A program made the position numbers and the translations under genes. 64,000 bases of DNA, taken from assembly GCA_004297725.1 (NCBI GenBank), contig SCUS01000160.1, positions 5,615 to 69,614 on the forward strand, in the 5' to 3' direction. Origin of the DNA: Myxococcaceae bacterium (GTDB lineage Bacteria; Myxococcota_A; Polyangia; Polyangiales; Ga0077539). Each line of letters opens with the position of its first letter. The first letter of the stretch is position 1. This document shows positions 1 to 9,210 of the stretch, piece by piece. The notes beneath the pieces were generated by a model that was not told where the DNA came from, did no database searches, and saw only the letters and a program-made list of their open reading frames with translations.

Positions 1-400
1 CGCGGAGTTCGGCGGGGCCCTCGCGGCGGCGGGAGACGTGGACGGCGACGGCGACGGCGACGTGCTCGTCGGGGCGCCGAGGCGCGGAGGGTACACGGGC
101 GCGGCGTACCTCTTCCTGGGAGCGAGGGCGGGGCTGCCCGAGGCGCCGGCGCAGACCTTCGAGGGCGCGGCCACGGGGTCGTACTTCGGCGGCTCGCTCG
201 CGGGCGCGAGGGACCTCGACCGCGACGGCTTCTCGGACGTGCTCATCGGCGCCGAGCGCCTCATGGGCTTCCAGGGGCGGGTGATGGTCTATCGCGGCAG
301 CGCCATGGGGCTCATCGCCCCGGTGGCGGTGGACGGGCCCACCGCGGGGGCGCGCTTCGGGTTCTCCGTGGCGATGATCCGTCGGTCGCGCGGGGGGTGA
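1..400 (+). CDS. FG-GAP repeat protein, C-terminal fragment (5' end lies outside the window)
   Basis: Frame is open from the window edge. AEFGGALAAAGDVDGDGDGDVLVGAP and FGGSLAGARDLDRDGFSDVLIGA fit the FG...GD.DGDG..D...GA FG-GAP/integrin-alpha repeat. Stop TGA at 398-400. Confidence 0.75.
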   Translation, partial: AEFGGALAAAGDVDGDGDGDVLVGAPRRGGYTGAAYLFLGARAGLPEAPAQTFEGAATGSYFGGSLAGARDLDRDGFSDVLIGAERLMGFQGRVMVYRGSAMGLIAPVAVDGPTAGARFGFSVAMIRRSRGG

Positions 401-465
401 AGGTCGCCAGAGGGGGCGCTCGTTGCCTCTGGCCATCCCACGGCACCGTCTTAGGCTCCCGGGAC

Positions 466-2229
466 ATGGCCCTCGATCAGCTCGGACTCATCGGCAACTG
501 TCAGTGCTCGGCGCTGGTGAACTCGCACGGCTCGGTGGTGTGGTCGTGCCTCCCCCGCTTCGACTCCGAGCCGATCTTCTCGACGCTGCTCGACGCGGAG
601 GGCGGTGGGCACTTCACCGTCGCGCCGGAGGACGGCACCCTCGGGGTGCAGCGCTACCTCGAGAACACCAACATCCTCGAGACCCGCTTCACCTCGGCCA
701 CGGGGTCGTTTCGGGTGCTCGACTTCTGCCCCCGCTTCACGCTCTTCGAGCGCAGCTTCCGCCCCTCGAAGATCGTGCGCATCGTCGAGCCGCTGTCGGG
801 CACCCCGAGGGTGGTGATCCACTGCGACCCGAGGCACGGCTGGTCGAAGGGGGTGCCGAGGCAGGAGCAGGGCTCCAACCACGTCTCCTACCTGGGCTTC
901 GGCAGCGAGGTGAGGCTCACCACGGACGTGCCCCTCGCGTACATCAACGCCCGGGCCTTCGCGCTCACCGAGCGGCGGCACCTGGTGCTCGCCTGGGGAG
1001 AGCCCATCCAGGAGGCCCTCGCCCCGATCTGCGAGCGCTTCCTGCGGGAGACCACCCACTACTGGCACCAGTGGGTGAAGCACTGCGACGTGCCGCCGAT
1101 GTACCAGGAGAAGGTGATCCGCTCGGCGCTCGCGCTGAAGCTGCACTGCTTCGAGGACACCGGGGCCATCGTCGCCGCGCTCACCACGTCGATTCCCGAG
1201 TCGCCCGGCAGCGGCCGCAACTGGGACTACCGCTACTGCTGGCTGCGCGACTCCTACTACGCCCTCGGCGCCTTCGGGCTGCTCGGGCACTTCGAGGAGC
1301 GGGAGAAGTTCCTGCAGTTTCTGCTCAACGTGGCGAGCGCCTCGCCGGGCCTCGACCTCGCGCCGCTCTACCGCATCGACGGCGGCGTCGACCTGGAGGA
1401 GGCCGTGCTCGCCGAGTGGCCCGGGTACAAGTCCAACGGCCCCGTGCGCGTGGGCAACGCCGCCGCCCTGCACCTCCAGCACGACGTCTTCGGCGAGATG
1501 GTGCTCGCGCTCGCGCCCATCTTCCTCGACAAGCGCTTCAGCGACCAGGCGACGCCCGCCACCCTCGACCTCGTGGAGCGCCTCGCCCGCAAGGCCGCCG
1601 CGGTCGCGGGCCAGCCCGACGCGGGCATCTGGGAGTACCGCTCGGAGTGGCGTCCGCAGACCTTCTCCTCCCTCATGTGCTGGGCCGCGGTCGACCGCAT
1701 GGCGATGATCGCGAAGATCCACAAGCCCGAGGCCGAGGCCGAGTTTCGGGCGCACGCGACGCGCATCCGGGACGAGATCCTGGCGAGGGCGGTCGACCCG
1801 GCGAGGGGCACCCTGGTCGAGAGCTACGGCGGCACGGAGGTCGACGCGGCGCTGCTGCAGGCCATCACCCTGCGGCTGGTCACCGCCGACGACCCGCGCT
1901 CGCACGTCACCATCGACACCGTGCGCCAGCAGCTCGAGCACGGCGGCTGGCTGCGCCGCTACCGCTCCGACGAGTTCGGCCAGGCCGACGTGGCCTTCGT
2001 GATCTGCACCTTCTGGCTCATCGAGGCGCTCGCCAAGGTCGGGCGCCAGGACGAGGCGCGCGCCATGATGGCCCAGCTCGACCAGGTGAAGAGCCCGCTC
2101 GGGCTGCTGGCCGAAGACCTCGACCCCTCCACCGGCGCCATGTGGGGCAACTTCCCGCAGGCGTACTCCCACGTCGGGGTGATCCACGCGGCCTTCGCGG
2201 CCTCGCCGCTCTGGTGGGAGGTGCTCTGA
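466..2229 (+). CDS. Glycoside hydrolase family 15 (glucoamylase/glucodextranase-like)
   Basis: ATG at 466 (MALDQLGLIGNCQ...) inside ORF 397..2229. Typical GH15 blocks: LGLIGNC...ALV...G.VVW.C.PRFDS, NWDYRYCWLRDS, DAGIWEYR, FWLIEAL, GNFPQAYSHVG. Confidence 0.9.
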   Translation: MALDQLGLIGNCQCSALVNSHGSVVWSCLPRFDSEPIFSTLLDAEGGGHFTVAPEDGTLGVQRYLENTNILETRFTSATGSFRVLDFCPRFTLFERSFRPSKIVRIVEPLSGTPRVVIHCDPRHGWSKGVPRQEQGSNHVSYLGFGSEVRLTTDVPLAYINARAFALTERRHLVLAWGEPIQEALAPICERFLRETTHYWHQWVKHCDVPPMYQEKVIRSALALKLHCFEDTGAIVAALTTSIPESPGSGRNWDYRYCWLRDSYYALGAFGLLGHFEEREKFLQFLLNVASASPGLDLAPLYRIDGGVDLEEAVLAEWPGYKSNGPVRVGNAAALHLQHDVFGEMVLALAPIFLDKRFSDQATPATLDLVERLARKAAAVAGQPDAGIWEYRSEWRPQTFSSLMCWAAVDRMAMIAKIHKPEAEAEFRAHATRIRDEILARAVDPARGTLVESYGGTEVDAALLQAITLRLVTADDPRSHVTIDTVRQQLEHGGWLRRYRSDEFGQADVAFVICTFWLIEALAKVGRQDEARAMMAQLDQVKSPLGLLAEDLDPSTGAMWGNFPQAYSHVGVIHAAFAASPLWWEVL

Positions 2230-2250
2230 GCAGACGGCCCGGGCTGCTGT

Positions 2251-2789
2251 CCGGTCGCTGCGCCCTGCGTCCGCGGGTTGGAAACCCTGATCCTTCCCAG
2301 AATCTTCACGGCGTTGCGCAAGGTCGTCATGGAGGGGGCGTCTCGTGGGCTACCGCCGACTCCGCGCCCGCGGACGGCCCGCGAGCGGGCCTGCGGTCGC
2401 TGAAGTCGGAGCCTGGAACTGACCGCCCCGTCTTCACGGGGCTTGCTGCAGGAGCGCCGGTTGCTGGCGCAACCGTCGGAAGGTCACCGACCGCCGCGAT
2501 GGAACTCCATGCGACGATCAGCGGCTTGTCCTGCTGCTGCGCGTGAGCACCTACGTCCTCTTCATCGAGCGCTCCAGCGCTCGGTGCGCCTGCAGAGAGT
2601 CCCGCGAAGGCGGGACGATCAGCGCCAGGATCCGACTTCAGCGGTTGCAGGCCCGAAGGGCCGACCGCAACCGCGGAGTCGGCGGTAGCTCGATGGCGTC
2701 CACACCAGAAACGCGCTTGCGCGCAACGCCGTGAACATTCCGGGAAGGATCAGGGTTTCCAACCCGCGGACGCAGGGCGCAGCGATCGG
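2251..2789. repeat. Nested palindromic, multi-hairpin element, copy A (candidate large structured RNA or MITE)
   Basis: Outer arms 2251-2321 vs 2717-2789 are near-perfect inverted repeats. Inner arms 2350-2417 vs 2625-2688 also pair. The core holds several local hairpins. The core (2350-2688) recurs at 47376-47722 in the same orientation. Confidence 0.8.
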
Positions 2790-2836
2790 CCGACACCGAT
2801 GGCCGCGTGAATGAGGGCGTGTCGGACCCGGAGCCT

Positions 2837-3367
2837 CTACCAGGCCACGCCGGCGCGACGGGCGAACACCTCGTCGAGCAGGGCCTCGAGCCTCGCCGCC
2901 TCGGCCGCGCTGAAGGCCGAGGGGAGGTGCGAGTCGAGGTCGAGCACCGCGCGCACCCGGCCGTCGCCGTCGCGCACCGGGACCACCAGCTCCGATCGGG
3001 TCGCCCCGTCGCAGGCGATGTGCCCGGGGAAGGCCTCCACGTCGGGCACGAGCTGCGTCTCGCCAGAGCGCGCCGCGGCCCCGCACACGCCTCGGGCGAA
3101 GTCGATGCGCAGGCACCCCATGGGGCCCTGGTAGGGGCCGACGGCCAGCGTCGACTCGGCCACGCGACGGTAGAAGCCGCACCAGCTCGCCTGGGAGAAC
3201 ACCTCCCAGAGCAGGCACGCCAGCGTCGACTGCAGCGCCACCGCGTCGCCCTCGCCCTCGAGCGCCGAGAGCACCTGCGGCAGCGCGGCGTCGAAGCGGG
3301 CCAGCCGGACGGCCTCGGGCAGCGACGCCCCACGATCGACGCGCGGCAGGTCGAGGCCCTCGCTCAT
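2837..3367 (-). CDS. GAF domain protein, free methionine-(R)-sulfoxide reductase (YebR/MsrC)-like
   Basis: Start taken at MSEGLDL (ATG 3365-3367) within ORF 2837..3418. GPYQGPMGCLRIDFARGVCGAAA...VPDVEAFPGHIACDGATRSELVVPV matches the fRMsr GAF signature. Confidence 0.85.
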   Translation of the reverse strand: MSEGLDLPRVDRGASLPEAVRLARFDAALPQVLSALEGEGDAVALQSTLACLLWEVFSQASWCGFYRRVAESTLAVGPYQGPMGCLRIDFARGVCGAAARSGETQLVPDVEAFPGHIACDGATRSELVVPVRDGDGRVRAVLDLDSHLPSAFSAAEAARLEALLDEVFARRAGVAW

Positions 3368-3528
3368 GGGCGCTTCGTACAACACCCTCCGGGCGAACTC
3401 CACGGCGCCCGGAGCCACGCGCCCCCGCCGAGCCCTGGACGGGCCGATCTATCGGGTTTCTGGGGCATTTTGCCCCGTGTGGCACCGCTTGACGACCCAC
3501 CGGAGGAGCGCGGATACCGAGGCCTGCG

Positions 3529-4605
3529 ATGAACGCCCTCCCGCCTCTCACGCTGGCCCTCGCCCTCGTCGCCTGCACCGGGCGCCGCCGCCACGAGGTG
3601 AGGCCCCCGGAGCCCACCAACCCCTCGGCCTTCGTGCGCGTGGAGACCGTCGGCCTCGACGCCCACGGCGCGGCCATCGTCGCCCAGGGGAGCGTGACCT
3701 TCGACGAGGAGCACGTCGCCGCCATCATCCCCCCGGTGCAGGGGCGGGTGATCCGGCTGCTGGCCGCGCCGGGCGATCACATCGCCGCCGGGGCCGCGCT
3801 CGCCAGCGTGTACAGCGCCGAGGTCGCGAGCGCCGGCGCCGGGCTCTCCGAGGCGCGCATCAACCGCATCGCCGCCGAGCAGAGCCTCGCCCGCGCCGAG
3901 CGCCTCGCCGCCGAGGGGGCGGGGTCGCAGCGCGACGTCATCGACGCCCGCACCTCCCTGGCCACCGCGCGCGCCGAGGAGTCCCGCGCCGGGGCGGTGC
4001 TCCAGAGCATGGGGGCCCCTCGGGTGGCGGTCGGGACGTACACCCTCCGCGCGCCCATCGGCGGCACGGTCATCCAGCGCTCGCTGCGGGTGGGCTCCGA
4101 GGCGCGGCCCGACGCGGCCGAGCCGGCCTTCCTCATCGCCGACCTCGACCGGGTCTGGGTGCTCGCGCACCTGCACGAGACGCAAGGGTCCGCCGTGCAC
4201 GCGGGCGACCGCGTGGAGATCGACGTGCCCGCGCTCCCGGGCCGGCACTTCACCAGCACCGTCGACCGGGTGGCCGAGGCGGTCGACCCCAACACCCGCA
4301 CCCTGGTGGTGCGCATCGGGCTGCCCAACCTCGACCACGCGCTCAAGCCCGAGATGTTCGCGAGGGTGACCGTGCGCACGCAGTCCGCGGGCATCGCGCT
4401 GGTGCCGGTGAGCGCGCTGGTCACCGAGCCCGGCGGCTACGGGGCCTTCGTGGAGACCGCGCCCGGCCGCTACGAGCGCCGCCACGTGGTGCTGGGCGCG
4501 GAGCTCGAAGGCAGGGCCCAGGTGCGAGAGGGCCTCCGGGTGGGCGAGCGCGTGGTGGTGGAGGGCGCGCTGCTCCTCGACGCCGCCGCCGAGCAGGTGC
4601 TCTGA
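3529..4605 (+). CDS. Efflux RND transporter periplasmic adaptor subunit (CzcB/CusB, HlyD family)
   Basis: 358-aa ORF with lipoprotein-like N-terminus (LALALVACTG). Shows the barrel-sandwich/coiled-coil pattern (ApIgGtV, LIADLDRVWV). Its stop overlaps the start of the RND pump (ATGA at 4603-4607). Confidence 0.85.
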   Translation: MNALPPLTLALALVACTGRRRHEVRPPEPTNPSAFVRVETVGLDAHGAAIVAQGSVTFDEEHVAAIIPPVQGRVIRLLAAPGDHIAAGAALASVYSAEVASAGAGLSEARINRIAAEQSLARAERLAAEGAGSQRDVIDARTSLATARAEESRAGAVLQSMGAPRVAVGTYTLRAPIGGTVIQRSLRVGSEARPDAAEPAFLIADLDRVWVLAHLHETQGSAVHAGDRVEIDVPALPGRHFTSTVDRVAEAVDPNTRTLVVRIGLPNLDHALKPEMFARVTVRTQSAGIALVPVSALVTEPGGYGAFVETAPGRYERRHVVLGAELEGRAQVREGLRVGERVVVEGALLLDAAAEQVL

Positions 4606-7600
4606 TGCTGCTGCAGCGGCTCGTCGCCTTCGCGGTGCAGCGCCCGTGGGCGGTGATCGTCGTGACGATGGTCGCGGCGCTCATCGGCTACGGGCAGATG
4701 CTGGGCGTCCCGATCGAGGCCTTCCCGGACGTGACCAACCTCCAGGTGCAGGTGATCACCCTCTCGCCGGGCAGGGCGGCCGAGGAGGTCGAGCGCCAGG
4801 TCACCATCCCCATCGAGCGAGAGCTCGCGGGCACGCCCGACATGGTCGACCTGCGCTCCATCTCGGTGTTCGGGCTCTCGCAGATCACCTGCACCTTCGA
4901 CGACGGCGCCGACGACTTCGTGGCGCGCACCCGGGTGGGAGAGCGGCTGCGGGAGGTCGACCTGCCGCAGGGGCTCATCGCCCACCTCGGCCCGGAGTCC
5001 ACCCCCGTGGGCGAGGTCTACCGCTACACCGTCGAGGCCCCGGGCATGACCGCCATGGACCGTCGAGGCCTGCAGGACTGGGTGGTCTCGCGCTACCTGC
5101 GCCGCGTCCCGGGCGTGGCGGACGTGGTGTCCTTCGGAGGCTTCCAGCGGCAGTACCAGGTGCGCGTCGACCCCAACCGGCTGTCCGCGCGGGGGCTGAG
5201 CGTGCCGGACGTGGTGTCGGCGCTGCAGCGCTCGTCGGGCGCCGCGGGCGGCAACTACCTCCGCCACGGCGCCGAGGAGTACGTCGTCCGCGGCCTCGGC
5301 TACCTGCAAGACCCGCGGGACCTCGCGCACATCGCCCTCTCCGCGCCGCACGGCGTGCCGGTGCACCTCGACGACGTCGCCCAGGTGGTGCTCGGCCACG
5401 TCCCTCGCCGTGGCGTCGTCGGGCGCGGCGCCGAGAACGAGTCCCCGGAAGGCATCGTGCTGCTGCGCAAGCGCTCGCACCCGGCCATCGTGCTCGACGA
5501 GATCCACCAGGCCGTCGAGCGGCTCAACCGCGAGGTGCTGCCGAGGGGCGCGCGGGTGGTCCCCTACTACGACCGCACCAACCTGATGGAGCGCTCGCTC
5601 CGCACCGTGAGGCACAACCTCGTCGAGGGCGCCGGCTTCGTCATCCTCGTGCTGATGCTCTTCCTCGGCGCGTGGCGAGGGCCGCTCGTGGTCGCCACGG
5701 TCATCCCCCTCGCGCTGCTCACGGCCTTCACCGGCCTGCGCCTCCTGAAGATGCCCGCCAACCTCATCTCCCTGGGCGCCGTGGACTTCGGCATCCTCGT
5801 CGACGGGGCGGTGATCTTCGTCGAGACCGTCTACCACGTCGGCGCCACGCGCCCGGACCTCAACCGCGCCGACGTGGTGCGCGAGGCCGCCGCGCAGGTG
5901 GTGCGCCCGGTGGTGTTCTCGCTCGCGATCATCACCGCCGCGCTGCTCCCGATCTTCACCATGGAGCGCGTCGAGGGCCGCATCTTCGCGCCGATGGCCC
6001 TCACCTACGGCTTCGCCCTGCTGGGCGCGCTCGTCTGGTCGCTCACCGTCGTGCCCGCGCTCTCCCGCCTGGCCATCCGCCTGCCGGGCCCCGGGCACCA
6101 CCCCGAGCCGCGCTGGGTCTCCGCGCTGCGCCGCGGCTACGAGCGGGTCATCGCCTGGGCGCTCTCGCACCGCGCCGCCGTGGGGGCGGTGGCGCTCGCC
6201 GCGCTCGTCACCGCCGGGCTCGCCGGGCGCACGCTGGGCTCGGAGTTTCTCCCGGAGCTCAACGAGGGAGGGATGTTCGTGAGCGCGCTCTTCCCCTCGT
6301 CGCAGTCGCTGGAGGAGGGCGAGCGCATCGTGCCGCAGCTTCGCGCCATCATCCGAAGCTTCCCGGAGGTGCGCGAGGCCGTCTCGCAGCTCGGCCGCCC
6401 GGAGGACGGGACCGACCCCGCCCCGGTCAACATCGCCCAGATCATGGTGAGCCTTCGCCCGGAGGGCGAGTGGACCACCGGGCGCTCCCGCGCTCAGCTC
6501 GTGGAGGCCATGCGCGCCGCGCTCACCCGCGTGCCCGGGGTGCAGTACATCTTCTCCCAGCCCATCGTCGACAACGTGCTGGAGAGCATCTCCGGCATCA
6601 AGGGCAAGGTCGCCATCAAGATCTACGGCGACGACCTGGACGCGATGCAGCGCCTCGCCGAGCAGACCCGCGACGCCATCGCGCCGGTGCGCGGCGTGCG
6701 CGACCTCGGGCTCTACCAGACCGGCGTGGTGCCGCAGCTGCGGCTCGACATCGACCGCGAGGCCATCGCCCGCTACGGGCTGCGCGTGGCCGACGTCGAC
6801 GACGTCATCGAGGCCGCCATCGGCGGCGACGTGGCCACGGAGATCTGGGAGGGAGAGCGCCGCGTCGAGGTGGCCGTGCGCCTCGCGGAGCCCTTCCGCG
6901 TGGGCATCGACCGCATCCGGGAGATTCCCGTGAGCACGCCCTCGGGCGCGAGGGTGCCGCTCGGGGCGCTGGCCACGGTGCACGTCGGCACCGGGCGCGC
7001 GGCCATCCAGCGCAACCAGGGATCGCGCTTCATCGCGCTCAAGTTCAACATCGAGGGCCGCGACCTGGGGAGCGTGGTGACCGAGGCGCGCTCCCGCGTC
7101 CGGAGCGCGGTGCACCTGCCGAGCGGGTACACCATGACCTGGGGCGGGGAGTTCGAGAGCCAGCAGCGCGCGATGCGCCGGCTCGCGTTCATCCTGCCCG
7201 TCGTCCTGCTGCTCATCTGCCTGCTGCTGTACGGGGTGTTCCAGCGGATGCGCAGCGCGCTGGTGGTGCTGGCCGCGGCGCCCATGTGCCTGCCCGGCGC
7301 GGCGCTCACGCTCATGGCCGCGGGGGTGAACGTCTCCGTGTCGGCCATCGTCGGCGCCATCGCGCTGCTGGGGCAGACGGTGCTCGCGGGCGTGGTGGTG
7401 GTGTCGTCCATCAACGAGCTCCGCGACCAGGGGATGACCCTCACCGAGGCCGTCACCGAGGGCACCGCCCGGCGCATGCGCGCGGTGCTCATCACCGCCA
7501 CCCTCGCCGCGCTGGGCCTGCTCCCGGCGGCGATGTCCCACGCCATGGGCAGCGAGACGCAGCGGCCCTTCGCGCTGGTGATCGTAGGGGGCGTGCTGGT

Positions 7601-7697
7601 CGCCACGCCGCTGCTGCTGCTCACGCTGCCGGTGATCTACACGCTCATCGAGCGCGGCGACGGCGTCGATGCGCCCGGCGCCGGAGGGACGGACTGA
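4605..7697 (+). CDS. CusA/CzcA family heavy-metal efflux RND permease
   Basis: ATG 4605 in frame with ORF 3366..7697. MLLQRLVAFAVQRPWAVIVVTMV...IEAFPDVTNLQVQVIT is the canonical CzcA N-terminus. About 1030 aa with a 12-TM architecture. Confidence 0.92.
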   Translation: MLLQRLVAFAVQRPWAVIVVTMVAALIGYGQMLGVPIEAFPDVTNLQVQVITLSPGRAAEEVERQVTIPIERELAGTPDMVDLRSISVFGLSQITCTFDDGADDFVARTRVGERLREVDLPQGLIAHLGPESTPVGEVYRYTVEAPGMTAMDRRGLQDWVVSRYLRRVPGVADVVSFGGFQRQYQVRVDPNRLSARGLSVPDVVSALQRSSGAAGGNYLRHGAEEYVVRGLGYLQDPRDLAHIALSAPHGVPVHLDDVAQVVLGHVPRRGVVGRGAENESPEGIVLLRKRSHPAIVLDEIHQAVERLNREVLPRGARVVPYYDRTNLMERSLRTVRHNLVEGAGFVILVLMLFLGAWRGPLVVATVIPLALLTAFTGLRLLKMPANLISLGAVDFGILVDGAVIFVETVYHVGATRPDLNRADVVREAAAQVVRPVVFSLAIITAALLPIFTMERVEGRIFAPMALTYGFALLGALVWSLTVVPALSRLAIRLPGPGHHPEPRWVSALRRGYERVIAWALSHRAAVGAVALAALVTAGLAGRTLGSEFLPELNEGGMFVSALFPSSQSLEEGERIVPQLRAIIRSFPEVREAVSQLGRPEDGTDPAPVNIAQIMVSLRPEGEWTTGRSRAQLVEAMRAALTRVPGVQYIFSQPIVDNVLESISGIKGKVAIKIYGDDLDAMQRLAEQTRDAIAPVRGVRDLGLYQTGVVPQLRLDIDREAIARYGLRVADVDDVIEAAIGGDVATEIWEGERRVEVAVRLAEPFRVGIDRIREIPVSTPSGARVPLGALATVHVGTGRAAIQRNQGSRFIALKFNIEGRDLGSVVTEARSRVRSAVHLPSGYTMTWGGEFESQQRAMRRLAFILPVVLLLICLLLYGVFQRMRSALVVLAAAPMCLPGAALTLMAAGVNVSVSAIVGAIALLGQTVLAGVVVVSSINELRDQGMTLTEAVTEGTARRMRAVLITATLAALGLLPAAMSHAMGSETQRPFALVIVGGVLVATPLLLLTLPVIYTLIERGDGVDAPGAGGTD

Positions 7698-7704
7698 GCG
7701 GGGG

Positions 7705-8976
7705 CTACGGCACCACCAGGGCCGCCGCGCGATCGAGGTCGGCCTCGGCCTCGGCGAAGGTGCGCTGGAGCTCGAGCTCCTGCGAGCGGGCGTCCCACAT
7801 GGTGCGGTAGGCGTCGAAGAGGTCCTGGATGGTGAAGGACGCGCTGCCGCTCCCGCCGGCCTCGTAGGTCACCTCCGCCCGGCGCAGCAGCTCCGCGGTC
7901 GCGGTCATGCCCTGCGCCCGGAAGCGGGCGATCGCCTCGCGGGCGGCGGCGCGCGCCGTCCACGCCCCGGTGACCTCCCTCGCGATGCGCACCTCCAGCG
8001 CCTCGGAGAGCAGGCGCTGCCCCTCGGCGTCGCTGCGGGCGCGGCCCACGAGCCCCTGGTTGCGGTCGAAGACCGGCAGCGGGAAGGAGAGCCCCGCGGT
8101 CACCGAGAGGCTGTCCGCGTCGTGGGTGCCGTAGGCCCCGACCCACACGCTCGGGGTCCAGCGGTTCTCCCTCGACCAGCGCGTCGCCGAGGCCGTCGCG
8201 ACCAGCACCCCGCGCCGCGCCAGCTCCAGGTCGGGCCGCCGCCGCAGCGCCAGCGCCAGGAGCCCGTGGAGGTCCTCCGGCCCACGGAAGGCCGCGAGCC
8301 CCTCCCGGGTGATGGGCACCGCGCTCATGGTCGGGTCGGCCAGCAGCGCGGCCAGCCTCGCCTCGGCCCGGTCGCGCTCGACCAGCGCGTCGTTGAGCGC
8401 CGCCCCCAGCGTCGAGGCCCCCACCTGCACCCGGAGCGCGTCGTACTGGGAGTTCGCCCCGGCCGCCACGCGCCGCTGGATGATCTCCTGCAGCCGGGTC
8501 ACCTCGCCGAGGTTGCGCTCGGCCATGGTCACGCGCGCGTTGGCGAAGGCCCGCTCCACCATCAGCGCCTCGAGCTGCGAGGCGATGTTCCAGAGCGCGG
8601 TCGCCACGCTCACCTCGGTCATGGAGAGGGCGGCCACGGCGGCCTCGCGGCGCGCCCGCACCTGCCCGAACACCGGCAGGGCCTGCGTCACCTGGAGTCC
8701 GTAGTTGGTGCGCCCGTCGGGGGGCGTTCCCGCCGGGGTGCCCAGGAAGTTCACCTGGAGCGAGGGGTTGGGCCAGAGCGCCGCGGTGATCACGTCGAAG
8801 CGCGCCCCGCGCACCTGGGTGCGCAGCGAGGCCACCTCCCGGCTGTGGCCCAGCCAGCGTTGGAAGATCTCCTCCGCGGTGATCGTCGGCCCCTCGACCC
8901 GCTGCGCGCGCGCAGGCGACGCCACCACCATCGAGGCGAGCGCGATCGAGAGCAGAGACACCGAGCGACGGTTCAT
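7705..8976 (-). CDS. TolC/CzcC-family outer membrane efflux protein
   Basis: Start at MNRRSVSLLSIALASMVVASPARA (signal peptide; ATG complement 8974-8976) inside ORF 7705..9174. Has the two-repeat OEP pattern (WPNPSLQV, LPVFDRNQG). Convergent with czcA across a 7-bp gap. Confidence 0.8.
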   Translation of the reverse strand: MNRRSVSLLSIALASMVVASPARAQRVEGPTITAEEIFQRWLGHSREVASLRTQVRGARFDVITAALWPNPSLQVNFLGTPAGTPPDGRTNYGLQVTQALPVFGQVRARREAAVAALSMTEVSVATALWNIASQLEALMVERAFANARVTMAERNLGEVTRLQEIIQRRVAAGANSQYDALRVQVGASTLGAALNDALVERDRAEARLAALLADPTMSAVPITREGLAAFRGPEDLHGLLALALRRRPDLELARRGVLVATASATRWSRENRWTPSVWVGAYGTHDADSLSVTAGLSFPLPVFDRNQGLVGRARSDAEGQRLLSEALEVRIAREVTGAWTARAAAREAIARFRAQGMTATAELLRRAEVTYEAGGSGSASFTIQDLFDAYRTMWDARSQELELQRTFAEAEADLDRAAALVVP

Positions 8977-9210
8977 CGACGGCTCGTATCTCCGCGATGC
9001 TCGCCGCGCGTCAAGCGCTGCCACGCGCCCCAAATTGCCCCGCGGCAACGATTCACCACCGGGGCCCGCGGAAGGGAGCATGACGACCGTCGGCGGTCTC
9101 TTGGCCCTGCGCCGTGCCGCGTGAGACACAGGTGCGACGGGCGCGCACGCACGGGGTGTGCTGAGCGCCTTCACCCCCGGAAAACCCTTTCCACAAGGAC
9201 TCCCCTATCA

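Noticed and set aside
423-2546. 707-aa and 578-aa ORFs (423..2546 +, 451..2187 -) overlapping the GH15 gene
   Set aside because: Their translations are Arg/Pro/Ala/Gly-rich low-complexity strings with no domain signatures. They are typical alternative-frame open reading in >70% GC DNA, and the GH15 frame explains the region.
2350-2688. Structured element interpreted as a retron msr/msd or a group II intron remnant
   Set aside because: No reverse transcriptase or intron-encoded ORF is adjacent to either copy, and I see no group II domain V/VI signature. The element is retained only as an unclassified structured repeat.
2443-2734. Small ORFs inside the structured element (81 aa, 63 aa; the counterpart frames in copy B end ...SCCCA)
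   Set aside because: Between the two copies the nucleotide differences produce mostly non-synonymous changes in every frame. They instead respect hairpin stems. There are no RBS or signal features.
3480-3493. TGGCAC...TTGA string upstream of czcB resembling a sigma-54 -24/-12 promoter
   Set aside because: The spacing between the GG and the would-be GC element is wrong: TGGCAC-CGC-TTGA rather than TGGCAC-N5-TTGC. No cognate EBP gene lies adjacent.
4470-7541. 1023-aa antisense ORF opposite czcA, and the 1054-aa +2-frame ORF 4646..7810
   Set aside because: Low-complexity, stop-free antisense or alternative frames caused by GC3 bias, with no motifs.
3366-7697. 1443-aa ORF suggesting a single giant fusion protein
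   Set aside because: Only the part from ATG 4605 is a genuine CzcA sequence. The upstream 413 codons are Arg/Pro-rich nonsense overlapping the real czcB gene in another frame.
7698-8976. czcC on the strand opposite czcBA as evidence of rearrangement or pseudogenisation
   Set aside because: The gene is intact, with a signal peptide and full-length OEP repeats. Convergent placement is unusual but needs no special explanation.
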